A stretch of DNA of 64,000 nt from a virus, in the IMG/VR virus record IMGVR_UViG_3300043172_001413; one strand, written 5' to 3'. A program made the translations under genes and the position numbers. Positions 38,521 through 47,562 of the stretch are shown one piece after another (the first letter of the stretch is position 1; every line of letters begins with the position of its first letter). The notes under the pieces were generated by a model. The model ran no database searches and was not told where the DNA came from. It saw only the letters and a list, made by a program, of their open reading frames with translations.

Positions 38521-38859
38521 ATGGGAGTAATAGAAATAGCCAAAGGGACACTTTTTATTGATATCGATGGAACTGTCCTGCATACAGATACAGAGGAACC
38601 ATTACCCTATGCTGTAGAAAAGATAAATAAAGCTTATGATGACGGCTATGTCGTGATTCTTACTACTTTCAGAGGAGTTAATTGGAAGATAACTTCACCT
38701 TATTCCGTAGTAAATACAGAGAGAACATTGAAAAGTATCGGATTGAAATGGCATACAATAGTCTGGGATTCTCCGAGCCCCAGAATAATCATTAATGATG
38801 AGAGTGTTGTAGCTTATCAGCACCCGAAGAATAAGAGCTGGAAAGAAATAAATTTATAA
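38521..38859 (+). CDS. small HAD-like hydrolase
   Basis: DIDGTV motif I. Confidence 0.4.
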   Translation: MGVIEIAKGTLFIDIDGTVLHTDTEEPLPYAVEKINKAYDDGYVVILTTFRGVNWKITSPYSVVNTERTLKSIGLKWHTIVWDSPSPRIIINDESVVAYQHPKNKSWKEINL

Positions 38860-38957
38860 TTTTTCTTTAAAATCAGCTGTCTAAAAACGTACCATTTATA
38901 TGGATGGTTAAGACCAAGAGTTCATGGGGATGATTTCTATTAGAGGAGAATTGCTTT

Positions 38958-39215
38958 ATGAATAAATTTCAATATCTTGTAACGGTTGAAACTATGCAAA
39001 AGTATCCTGATAGAATCAACAGGGCTTTGTGGGAGACTCTTGAGAAGTTAAAAATCTATGGTGCTATTGAAGATACTTGGAAGTGTGAAAAGAATTACAA
39101 TTCTCTGAATAATAAGAAGGATTTACAAAGCGGCACACAACACGCAAAGGCTACAATTTTCCATCATGTTAAAAAGTTTTTGAAATATTGGTTTACGGGG
39201 AGTGGAAAACCATGA
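38958..39215 (+). CDS. hypothetical protein
   Basis: 85-aa ORF, GGAG RBS. Confidence 0.45.
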   Translation: MNKFQYLVTVETMQKYPDRINRALWETLEKLKIYGAIEDTWKCEKNYNSLNNKKDLQSGTQHAKATIFHHVKKFLKYWFTGSGKP

Positions 39216-39232
39216 TCCTTTGTCTGGGCTAA

Positions 39233-39877
39233 TTGAAAGGAATTGGTATGAGTCAAGCAGGCAAGTATCCAGATTGCGAAATCTGTGAATACAAAATCTT
39301 TGTAAAAGATGCCCAGAGGGAAGCTGAACCTTCTTGTAGAATTGAGAGCGATATGAAACGTTATATATGTCCTCATTGTCAACATATAGAAGATTCTGAA
39401 TGGGAATTTGATATATTATTTTGTAAAAAATGTAAGCATTTGATGAAGATAGAAAGTGACCTTTTAGTTGATGGTATACATACTCCTCATTACAATGATA
39501 TTCCAGAAAAGGTAAAAACTGGTTGGACTATGATAGAACAGCATGGATGGAAAATTTATAAAAAACCTAAAGAACAATTAACTATGAAACAATTATATGA
39601 TGATAGAGAATGGCCTAGAGACGATAATGGTAAACCTTTATATCACAAAGTTATAAGAAAAGGAGAATTAAAAGAAAATATGCATGTCATCTTTAAAGGC
39701 ACTCTTTCTGATTATCTTTGGGCATTTGGTACAGTAAATAAAATGAAAGAAGATTTTATTATAGAATCTGGAAATACTATGGCCTTAGTAAAATTTTCTG
39801 ATGATGATAGGAATTGTTATGTTATTACAGCTTTGATTAATACCAAAGCTATAGCGAAAATGAAAGTAGGTAAATAA
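39233..39877 (+). CDS. zinc-ribbon protein
   Basis: CEIC, CPHC, CKKCKH. Confidence 0.45.
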   Translation: MKGIGMSQAGKYPDCEICEYKIFVKDAQREAEPSCRIESDMKRYICPHCQHIEDSEWEFDILFCKKCKHLMKIESDLLVDGIHTPHYNDIPEKVKTGWTMIEQHGWKIYKKPKEQLTMKQLYDDREWPRDDNGKPLYHKVIRKGELKENMHVIFKGTLSDYLWAFGTVNKMKEDFIIESGNTMALVKFSDDDRNCYVITALINTKAIAKMKVGK

Positions 39878-39949
39878 TATGTCTAAAATTGTAAGGTGTG
39901 TAAAAGAAATTTTAGAAAAGCAAAATACTTTTGCTCAACAATAGTCCCC

Positions 39950-40552
39950 ATGTCAAATAAAATAGAAAGATTAGAGAAAATAAAAAGTATTGCGAGGAAC
40001 TGTTATAATTGTGATTTGGGGAAAACTCGCAAGAATTTAGTTTTTGGAGAAGGTAATGCAGATCCTTTTTGTATGATTGTTGCAGAAGGACCCGGTCGGA
40101 AGGAAGATGAATTAGGAAGACCTTTTGTAGGCCGATCAGGACAACTTTTACGTAAAATGCTCTTAGCAATTGGACTTGATCCTATAAAAGATTGTTATAT
40201 AGCGAATATTATCAAGTGCCGGCCACCAGGTAATCGGGATCCATTAGAAGAAGAGATTGAAATGTGCTGTAAATATCTGAGAAAACAGATTGAAATAATA
40301 AAACCCCGGCTATTGGTACTGTTAGGGAAGACTGCGGTTAAGGGGCTGTGCCCTAATTTTGCTAAAGACAGTGTTGAAAAGCTGCGATCCATGACAAAGA
40401 GCCTCGGATTGGTTACATACGGGGAAATACCTATTATGGTGACTTATCATCCGAGTGCTCTATTAAGGGCAGCATGGAGAAGAGTAGGTGCGAAGGAGGA
40501 TTTTGAGTTCCTCCAGGCTATTTACAAGGAATTTTTAGATGGACAAAAATAG
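39950..40552 (+). CDS. uracil-DNA glycosylase, family 4
   Basis: GEGNADPFCMIVAEGPG...GRPFVGRSG motifs; ATG at 39950 (alternative GTG 39896). Confidence 0.7.
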   Translation: MSNKIERLEKIKSIARNCYNCDLGKTRKNLVFGEGNADPFCMIVAEGPGRKEDELGRPFVGRSGQLLRKMLLAIGLDPIKDCYIANIIKCRPPGNRDPLEEEIEMCCKYLRKQIEIIKPRLLVLLGKTAVKGLCPNFAKDSVEKLRSMTKSLGLVTYGEIPIMVTYHPSALLRAAWRRVGAKEDFEFLQAIYKEFLDGQK

Positions 40553-41168
40553 AGAGTTTTGGGAAGGAATACATAAAGATAATAATTTGTATTGGTTAAC
40601 TAATTCTGATCCGGATTATGTCTATAAATTACATGATTTAACAAAAAATATTTCAGAACCACATCAGCATATTTTAGAGATCGGTGTTGGTACTGGCCGG
40701 TCTGTGGCAAGGTTGGCGGGTTTGCAACATCATGTATATGCGGTGGATATATCTGAAGATGGTTTAGAAAAGGTTAAATCTTATGCCACAACTATTCAGG
40801 TGCATAATGAGAGGAAGTGGCCTAAGAATAAAATTGATATTGCTCTTTGCCATCTGGTTTTCCAGCACTGCGATGACCGCGATTTTTCCTGGATAATGAA
40901 AAATGTCTTAGAAAGTTTAACTTCTGAGGGGTTTTTTACCTTTCAATCCGCAGATGTTGAAGAGAGTAATTTAAATGTTCAACTTAAAAAGTATGTTGAA
41001 GAAGGTCATTTGTTTTTCAGGTCAAGGGAGCAGATAATTCGTGCTGTGTGCCAGTTTGGTGGGGAAGTGGTTAATATATCAGATGATATATTGCATCCTA
41101 AGGAATGTAATATAATCTGGAATATTTATAGAATAGGAAAACGTAATAACCTTTTAATATCTAACTAA
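40539..41168 (+). CDS. class I SAM-dependent methyltransferase
   Basis: Motif I ILEIGVGTGRS. Confidence 0.55.
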   Translation: MDKNREFWEGIHKDNNLYWLTNSDPDYVYKLHDLTKNISEPHQHILEIGVGTGRSVARLAGLQHHVYAVDISEDGLEKVKSYATTIQVHNERKWPKNKIDIALCHLVFQHCDDRDFSWIMKNVLESLTSEGFFTFQSADVEESNLNVQLKKYVEEGHLFFRSREQIIRAVCQFGGEVVNISDDILHPKECNIIWNIYRIGKRNNLLISN

Positions 41169-41172
41169 TAAT

Positions 41173-41682
41173 ATGGACATTTTACTGGTAATGAACCCCC
41201 AAAATAGCTTTTTATCAAAGGATGGATTGGTTTATATGGGGGAGAAAGCTGAGATATTGAAGGTACGTTTAGCAGATTTTTTGTCAAGATTTAACAAGGA
41301 AATAGTGTTTTTTCGTGAAAAACATGCTACAGAAGACGGTTTCTTTATCTCGGATAAGACGCATTCTGTTGCAAATTTGCCTGATTTCTCAATTTGTAAG
41401 GATTTAAGGAGATTTGGGCATATAAACATGGATAAAACTAGGTATAATGCCCTTTTTGATACAACATTAGAGAATATTTTGTTAAAAAAGAGGATAAAAC
41501 ATATAGGTATTGTTGGAGTTGAGACCCATACGTCTGTTCTCTTTACTGCTGAAGAGTTACGGAACCGGAGTTACGATGTAACAGTGGTGGAACCTTGTGT
41601 AATGTCCAGAGATGATTATTTACACGGGTTTGCGATAACTTTAATGAGACACAGTCTCGGAGTGCGGGTTACAAATGAGTGA
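41173..41682 (+). CDS. isochorismatase-family protein with catalytic Asp and Cys substituted
   Basis: LLVMNPQNSF, KTRYNALFDT, GIVGVETHTSVLFTA match family but D to N and C to T. Confidence 0.5.
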   Translation: MDILLVMNPQNSFLSKDGLVYMGEKAEILKVRLADFLSRFNKEIVFFREKHATEDGFFISDKTHSVANLPDFSICKDLRRFGHINMDKTRYNALFDTTLENILLKKRIKHIGIVGVETHTSVLFTAEELRNRSYDVTVVEPCVMSRDDYLHGFAITLMRHSLGVRVTNE

Positions 41683-42022
41683 AAAAAACATGATTCTTAA
41701 GCTAAAGTGCCCAAATTGCAATAGTCCTGCTCGTGCAGAGGTAAAAAAGAAGTCATATAAATTTCTAATTTATGTATGTCCTAACTGTGATAGTAATGTT
41801 GTCTGTTATAATAACAAAGTAGACATTTTATCTGATAAATTTGTCGAAATATTAACAAGAAAGAACAAACTTCAGTACAGCGGGCGTGCTATTTTCCCGA
41901 AAAAGCCTAAAAAACTGCCTAAAAAGATACGTCGTGACGATATCTCTAAAGATAATGTCACAGACCTTAAAATTCTACTCAATACAGAGAAGAATTTTGA
42001 GTCTTTTCTTTCCAAAATATAA
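41675..42022 (+). CDS. zinc-ribbon protein
   Basis: CPNCNSP...CPNCDS. Confidence 0.45.
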   Translation: MSEKNMILKLKCPNCNSPARAEVKKKSYKFLIYVCPNCDSNVVCYNNKVDILSDKFVEILTRKNKLQYSGRAIFPKKPKKLPKKIRRDDISKDNVTDLKILLNTEKNFESFLSKI

Positions 42023-42070
42023 GATTAATTTTTTTCTTTAATTCCGGGTTATAGAAACAGTACCATTTAT

Positions 42071-42484
42071 ATGGAGAATGAGCTTAAATCTGGTGATTTA
42101 TTGTTTTTAACTGCTGCTTTTAATGTCTATTTTCATAAAAAGCATAAGGATTCCAAGATTATTCTGACAAACAGGTTAGCGAAGTTGGAAGAAATCATTG
42201 ATTGGAACAGTGAAAAAGGAAAAAAGATAAAAGCTGCCAGGATAAAGAGCGGTAAATGGAAAAACCTCCCTCTGGAAGATAATAAATACATAATTTCTAT
42301 CTTTTATCATGATCTGGTTGGTCGGGAGGGGCAAAAGGGCGTTGTTGAAAGGGGCGTAGCCATGTTTCGTGGCCATCCCGAGACCGGTACCCCGTTTTTT
42401 GAGAAAGTTCCGGATTGGTTGTATAGGGAAATTATGAAAAAATGCGAAGAATTTGAAGTGGAATTGAAAGAAGACGATGAGTGA
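42071..42484 (+). CDS. hypothetical protein, ATG directly follows GTACCATTTAT motif
   Basis: 137-aa ORF, no SD. Confidence 0.45.
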   Translation: MENELKSGDLLFLTAAFNVYFHKKHKDSKIILTNRLAKLEEIIDWNSEKGKKIKAARIKSGKWKNLPLEDNKYIISIFYHDLVGREGQKGVVERGVAMFRGHPETGTPFFEKVPDWLYREIMKKCEEFEVELKEDDE

Positions 42485-42606
42485 TTTCACAGAAATGGGA
42501 TTTTTTGCTGTCAGAAATAGAGAAGGGCAGTGGTTTCTTTAAAATGTAAATGCCGTGCCAAATCTTTATTATAGGTGCGGTTTAATGAAAGGTAAAGGGG
42601 TGTTTT

Positions 42607-42879
42607 ATGAAATTAGTAGGTAATTCTGAAAACGGGTTTAATATTGTTGCCGAAAATGTTGCACAAAGAAGGTTTGTTTCATCTCAATTATCGTTTAAGT
42701 ATCTTGAAAATGTGGGACCGCATGGGGTTCTTTGTATTCGTCCAAACACCCCTTCGTCTAAGGAGAAACAAAACTCAACTGGCAACAAACAGATCCCATG
42801 CCTTAACTGTAAACGTATTGGATTGTCATGTTGGCCCTGCTTACCTTTTGTGTCGGAAGAGGGTTGTACTATTAAATAG
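42607..42879 (+). CDS. hypothetical Cys-rich protein
   Basis: AAAGGGG RBS; CLNC...CWPC. Confidence 0.4.
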   Translation: MKLVGNSENGFNIVAENVAQRRFVSSQLSFKYLENVGPHGVLCIRPNTPSSKEKQNSTGNKQIPCLNCKRIGLSCWPCLPFVSEEGCTIK

Positions 42880-42915
42880 GCACAGCAGATAAAGAAGAGG
42901 ATTTAGAAGAATTCG

Positions 42916-43410
42916 ATGTGGAGCTGGATGAAAATGACTAATATGTGCATAAATTCTGACTATTTAAGATCTGACGATGATGAAGAGCAGCAATTAGAAC
43001 TGCTTGAGCGCAACCAAAAAATATGGGCACAGGAAAAAGAAAATAATAAAAGTGATTTTGAAGGATTAGAATTTTATGCCGTCAGAAACCGGGAAGGACA
43101 ATGGTATCATCGGAAAGGTTTAAGCGGTTACGGTGAGACCTGGCGCGAAGATGTTCAGGAAGCCCGTATCTACAATAAAATAGGGCACGCCAGAGCACAG
43201 GTAACCTATTTTGCACGTAAATGGCCCTCTTTTGGGGTCCCTGAGATCGTTGTTTTCAAGGTTGGAGGAACTTACGTAATAAATGAGGAAGAACGGGTAA
43301 AAAAGCAACAGGAAAAAGAGGAAAAAAAAGTCGGGATAAGACGTATAAAAACGGCTAGAGAAAAGTTAAAAGGAGCCCGGTACGAGTTTGATATGGCTCA
43401 GAAAGGGTAA
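42916..43410 (+). CDS. hypothetical protein; contains FYAVRNREGQWY segment also found as upstream mini-ORF
   Basis: 164-aa ORF. Confidence 0.45.
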   Translation: MWSWMKMTNMCINSDYLRSDDDEEQQLELLERNQKIWAQEKENNKSDFEGLEFYAVRNREGQWYHRKGLSGYGETWREDVQEARIYNKIGHARAQVTYFARKWPSFGVPEIVVFKVGGTYVINEEERVKKQQEKEEKKVGIRRIKTAREKLKGARYEFDMAQKG

Positions 43411-43413
43411 TTT

Positions 43414-43821
43414 ATGTTAAAAGAGGGCGATATATTTTTATTGGAAGACGGGCACGATGTTTATGTAGAGAATTTTCCCAAGGCTTTTTTGTGTGACAAC
43501 GGAGATTTTGATTTTAAACTTGCATCCGGGGAATTACATATTGGTGGTATGCAAAGAGGATTGGATACCTCTATTTTCAAAGGTAAATATGTTGTAACAA
43601 AGACTTCATATGGAGGTGGTGGGGCATGCTTTACAATGTCAGGTGCTCCGGACTCATTTCCCGATGGCCATCATGTTTATGCTAAGAAAGTTATTAAGGG
43701 TTTTTCGGGTGTCGAGGAAGTGTCTGATTTTGAAATAAATTTCTATCAATCTGGGTCTTTTACTTGTATGAATTGTGATATAAAATCAATTGGAAGCGCA
43801 AAGGTTAAGTATGATGTTTAG
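43414..43821 (+). CDS. hypothetical protein
   Basis: 135-aa ORF. Confidence 0.45.
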   Translation: MLKEGDIFLLEDGHDVYVENFPKAFLCDNGDFDFKLASGELHIGGMQRGLDTSIFKGKYVVTKTSYGGGGACFTMSGAPDSFPDGHHVYAKKVIKGFSGVEEVSDFEINFYQSGSFTCMNCDIKSIGSAKVKYDV

Positions 43822-43835
43822 AAAGGATATATTTA

Positions 43836-44381
43836 ATGAAAATAATTACCAGCTCAAGTACGAAAAACAGGACAACAGCTATAACCATAGAAGCTGACAA
43901 AGGGGAGAATTTAGAAGAATTTAAGGCAATGCTCGGGTCGCATAAATGGGTACGTCAGAACGAATATGGCGAGCTTGAGACAGCCCCGGCTCACCTAGAT
44001 CCTCCTCTTCTCTATGATCAACGTATTGACCCTATCTGGGACGGGAAACCTGCTAGAATGAGACAATTACGGGAAGCAAAGGAGAAGCATAAAAAAGTTT
44101 TTACTGATCGTTCTTTTTATGTACAACATATAGCAGGCTATTCGGGAGGGTTTTCTGAGAAAGCTCAGAGAATGTTTATAAACGGCTTTGTACCTTTAAG
44201 GAGTAAAAGGAGTAATAGGGACGGTAAATGCTGGGAGATATGGTATTTACCTGGTGCATGGGCTGCAGAAGGAGAACTGCGGGGAAAGACAGAAGAACAA
44301 ATAAAATCCTGGTTATTTCAGGAGATAGGTCCCGGCAACGTCGAATTCTCAGGAGAATCCTGGGGTTTGTCTGCTGATTAA
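43836..44381 (+). CDS. hypothetical protein
   Basis: 181-aa ORF. Confidence 0.45.
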   Translation: MKIITSSSTKNRTTAITIEADKGENLEEFKAMLGSHKWVRQNEYGELETAPAHLDPPLLYDQRIDPIWDGKPARMRQLREAKEKHKKVFTDRSFYVQHIAGYSGGFSEKAQRMFINGFVPLRSKRSNRDGKCWEIWYLPGAWAAEGELRGKTEEQIKSWLFQEIGPGNVEFSGESWGLSAD

Positions 44382-44383
44382 TT

Positions 44384-45064
44384 ATGTTTCTTGATATATT
44401 AATTGAGAATTTGCATCAGGCTATTTTTCGCTATCCCGAAGTATTAAGATACCTGCAGTCTAGGAATGTCAGTGGAGACGATGTCCGGCAATATAAGATA
44501 GGTTACAGCAAACTTATTGGGGTGCCTGAGGATAATAGCCCTGACCGGGAACGCTTCATGGATGAGTGCTACAGGGGGCGTAAAATAGAAAAAAAGATTA
44601 TCTTTCCTTTCAGGGATGAGATGGGAAGAACGGTAGGTCTGATAGGAAGGGCTGTAGATACAAAAGAATTCAAAATTTTTGCCACAGAAAAAGCGAAGCA
44701 TGATGGTTTCTTCTTTGGTCTGTATGAAGCTCTACCACATATCTATGAAGAAAACAGGGCTTTTGTGGTGGAAGGGCCTTTTGATTATTTCGCTTTTTCA
44801 AAAGTGTTTCCGAATACTGTGGGTACAATGACTGCGGGCATATCAGAAGCTCAATATGATTATTTAAATCTTTTCTGTGATTATATTATCACTGTTTTTG
44901 ATTCAGATGCAGCTGGTCAACGCGGTACTGACCGGATTGCAGAAGAGCATAAGAAGATATATTCAATGGATCTGGGTAATTACAAAGATCCTGCAAAATG
45001 TTTGGAAGTACTCAAACTTTCGGCTTTCAGACAATTTATTATAAAAAGGATTCCTTTCTTTTAA
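44384..45064 (+). CDS. Toprim-domain protein (DnaG primase-like, no zinc-binding domain)
   Basis: VVEGPFD and FDSDAAGQRG motifs. Confidence 0.5.
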   Translation: MFLDILIENLHQAIFRYPEVLRYLQSRNVSGDDVRQYKIGYSKLIGVPEDNSPDRERFMDECYRGRKIEKKIIFPFRDEMGRTVGLIGRAVDTKEFKIFATEKAKHDGFFFGLYEALPHIYEENRAFVVEGPFDYFAFSKVFPNTVGTMTAGISEAQYDYLNLFCDYIITVFDSDAAGQRGTDRIAEEHKKIYSMDLGNYKDPAKCLEVLKLSAFRQFIIKRIPFF

Positions 45065-45075
45065 GGAGGTGTGTG

Positions 45076-45723
45076 ATGGTAACGTTTCTGGCGCTCTTTG
45101 TTTTAGGCAGTTTCTGGTGGTATTCTATTTCTGTCTGCTATGTAGTATGGGCAATATTTTTAGCGGAAAGAGAGTCAGTAGGGTGGGTACTCACTTCCTT
45201 GGCTATCTATCTCATATTTTTGTCCTTTCTTGGGAGAGTGAATGTTTTCAGTTACATATTTTATAATCCTTTATATTCTTTTTTGGCTGTGGTCAGTTAC
45301 TTCGTTTTTGGGATTATCTGGTCTTTCGTGAAGTGGTGGCTTAGAGTAACTGAAAGAGCACAGGAATGTCAAGAAGCAATGGATAAATTTCTTAGGGAGC
45401 ATAAACCCTCAAATTTTAAATCAGCTATCCCACTTGATTTACAGCAATCAAAAAAAAGTGGTAGAAATCTGAGAGATGAATGGGAGTCACAGCTTTCAAT
45501 TAGGTATGATCTTAAGAAACCTATTGCGACAGAAAATAAGGAAAGAATATCTGTATGGATTATATACTGGCCTTTTTCTCTGATCTGGTCACTTATACAT
45601 GATTTTATTCAGAGATTGTGGGAACAGTTTGTAATCCGGTTTCAAAAATTTTATCAGGGAATAGCCGATAGAGCTTATAAGAAACTGGAAGCACACTCAT
45701 CTCCAGCAAAAGACGATGAATAG
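45076..45723 (+). CDS. multi-pass membrane protein
   Basis: Four hydrophobic helices; ATG 45076 with AAGGAGG RBS. Confidence 0.5.
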   Translation: MVTFLALFVLGSFWWYSISVCYVVWAIFLAERESVGWVLTSLAIYLIFLSFLGRVNVFSYIFYNPLYSFLAVVSYFVFGIIWSFVKWWLRVTERAQECQEAMDKFLREHKPSNFKSAIPLDLQQSKKSGRNLRDEWESQLSIRYDLKKPIATENKERISVWIIYWPFSLIWSLIHDFIQRLWEQFVIRFQKFYQGIADRAYKKLEAHSSPAKDDE

Positions 45724-46042
45724 GGATTTAACAAACGTAGGGTGGACAGTATTCTTTCTCGAATGCATGGATAAAACACTATATGCCGGTATGACCCGTA
45801 ATCTGGAGAAAGAACTTATTGAGATAAGAATATTCAGGAAAGGTGTCTATTTTGGTAAGCATCCTGACCGGCTCCCTGTAACTGTAGTGTTTAAAGAGAT
45901 GAACCTCACTTTTAAAGAAGCGCACGCTAAGTTAAAATTTATGAGAAAAATGAATAAAACTATGAAAAACAGGCTCATAGAGACAAAGAAATGGCCTATT
46001 GGAGGGAGTTTAAAAAAGTTAATTGAGAACGGAGAAATATAA
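45716..46042 (+). CDS. GIY-YIG domain protein
   Basis: LYAGMTRNLEKEL...HP. Confidence 0.45.
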   Translation: MNRDLTNVGWTVFFLECMDKTLYAGMTRNLEKELIEIRIFRKGVYFGKHPDRLPVTVVFKEMNLTFKEAHAKLKFMRKMNKTMKNRLIETKKWPIGGSLKKLIENGEI

Positions 46043-46067
46043 ATATATAGAAATAAGAAAAAAAAGA

Positions 46068-46096
46068 TTGACAGTTATGTATTAATAGATTATTAT
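46068..46096 (+). promoter_or_regulatory. sigma-70-like promoter TTGACA-N17-TATTAT
   Basis: Read from sequence; overlaps AATAGATTATT palindrome. Confidence 0.4.
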
Positions 46097-46146
46097 AATA
46101 TTATAAGTATAATATATAATTAAGTCTAATAGTATGAAGTACATAA

Positions 46147-47562
46147 GTGCATTTTAAGAAATTTGTACTTTTTTTAGGGGCAATAAAAATTAAACTAGCA
46201 GAAAAATATCGACCGACGAAGTTTGAGGATGTCATCGGCCAGGATTCGGTTATGTGTGTCCTTAAAGCCTCCGTGAAACAGAATCGTTACGGTTCTGCTT
46301 ATCTCTTTTGTGGTCCCTTCGGGGACGGTAAAACTACACTAGCCCGTATCTTTGCTAAAGCTGTCCTCTGTGAATCCCCTATAGATGGTGAACCCTGTTG
46401 TGAGTGTGAGTCATGCCAGTTGTTTGAAGAAGAACGTCATTTCAGCTATAGAGAAATTGATGCTGCATCTTATGGCGGTAAGGATGATATGGTAAGTCTG
46501 CGTGATGATGCCTCTTCCTTAGCTGTTTCAAAAAAGAAAATTATTTGTATTGATGAAAGCCATGATATCTCTAAACAGGGACAGGATGCGCTTCTTAAGC
46601 AAACAGAGGAATGCCCTGATCATCTTATATATGAATTCTGTACAACAGACCCTGATAAGATGAGTAGCACTCTTCGTGACCGGTTCATGGAATTTCATGT
46701 GGTCAAAGTGAGTGCAGAACTCATAAGTCAACGATTAAGAACTATTTGTGAAAGAGAAGGAATTGTTTATCAAGAAGATGCCCTTCAGGTCATAGCAGAG
46801 AGATCAGAAGGGCATGTTCGTTCTGCCATAAATCTCGTAGAAGAAATAGCCTATCTGGGTGAAATATCTCTGGAGAATCTTAATAAAGTTTCCAAGGATT
46901 TTGAGGAACATTTATTTACAATAGTTTCAAACTTGGGAATCAGTCTGCCAAAAATTATAGAAACGTATCAATCTATTTCTTCCTTTTTATCTCCATTTGA
47001 ATTTTATAATTTATTGCTTTCATTATTGAGTGATGCAACAAAATTTTTATTTGGTTATGATGGTTTTTCTGAGAAGAGAAAAGATTTATTGTCAAAATTA
47101 AAAGAAATACATGGTTATAGTTTAGCTGAATTTTTAAATTACCTGATTACACGGGATAAATTCGTGGAAAAGGTAGGATTACAAAGTGACTTAATTATTT
47201 TGCACTATAAATTTTGTGCAAATAATTTTGCCCCTCGGATACAAAAAGAACCCTCTACAAACTCACAAATTCAAACTGTTTCAAAAAGTGATCCATCTAA
47301 TTCCCCTTTTTCCTATGCTGAGTTATCGAAATTAAGTATTAAAGATCGGAACCAGTTACTCCGAGAGGAGAGGAAAAAACATCAAAAAACCGGGGAAAAG
47401 GAAAAATCAGAAATAGTGCCCACAAAATGGCCCTTACCAAAAGAAGAGAGACCGGGGAATAATTTTGAAGAAAAGAGCATGTCGGCCAAGGAATTCTCTC
47501 AAAAATTGGTAGGAGGGCGTGTTGGTGAAGTCAGATCGGTGGTTGATTCTCGAACTGGATGA
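46147..47562 (+). CDS. dnaX: DNA polymerase III tau/gamma clamp-loader subunit (DnaX)
   Basis: YRPTKFEDVIGQ, GPFGDGKTT, CCECESC zinc module, EIDAAS; no ATG, start likely GTG 46147 or ATT 46189. Confidence 0.75.
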   Translation: MHFKKFVLFLGAIKIKLAEKYRPTKFEDVIGQDSVMCVLKASVKQNRYGSAYLFCGPFGDGKTTLARIFAKAVLCESPIDGEPCCECESCQLFEEERHFSYREIDAASYGGKDDMVSLRDDASSLAVSKKKIICIDESHDISKQGQDALLKQTEECPDHLIYEFCTTDPDKMSSTLRDRFMEFHVVKVSAELISQRLRTICEREGIVYQEDALQVIAERSEGHVRSAINLVEEIAYLGEISLENLNKVSKDFEEHLFTIVSNLGISLPKIIETYQSISSFLSPFEFYNLLLSLLSDATKFLFGYDGFSEKRKDLLSKLKEIHGYSLAEFLNYLITRDKFVEKVGLQSDLIILHYKFCANNFAPRIQKEPSTNSQIQTVSKSDPSNSPFSYAELSKLSIKDRNQLLREERKKHQKTGEKEKSEIVPTKWPLPKEERPGNNFEEKSMSAKEFSQKLVGGRVGEVRSVVDSRTG

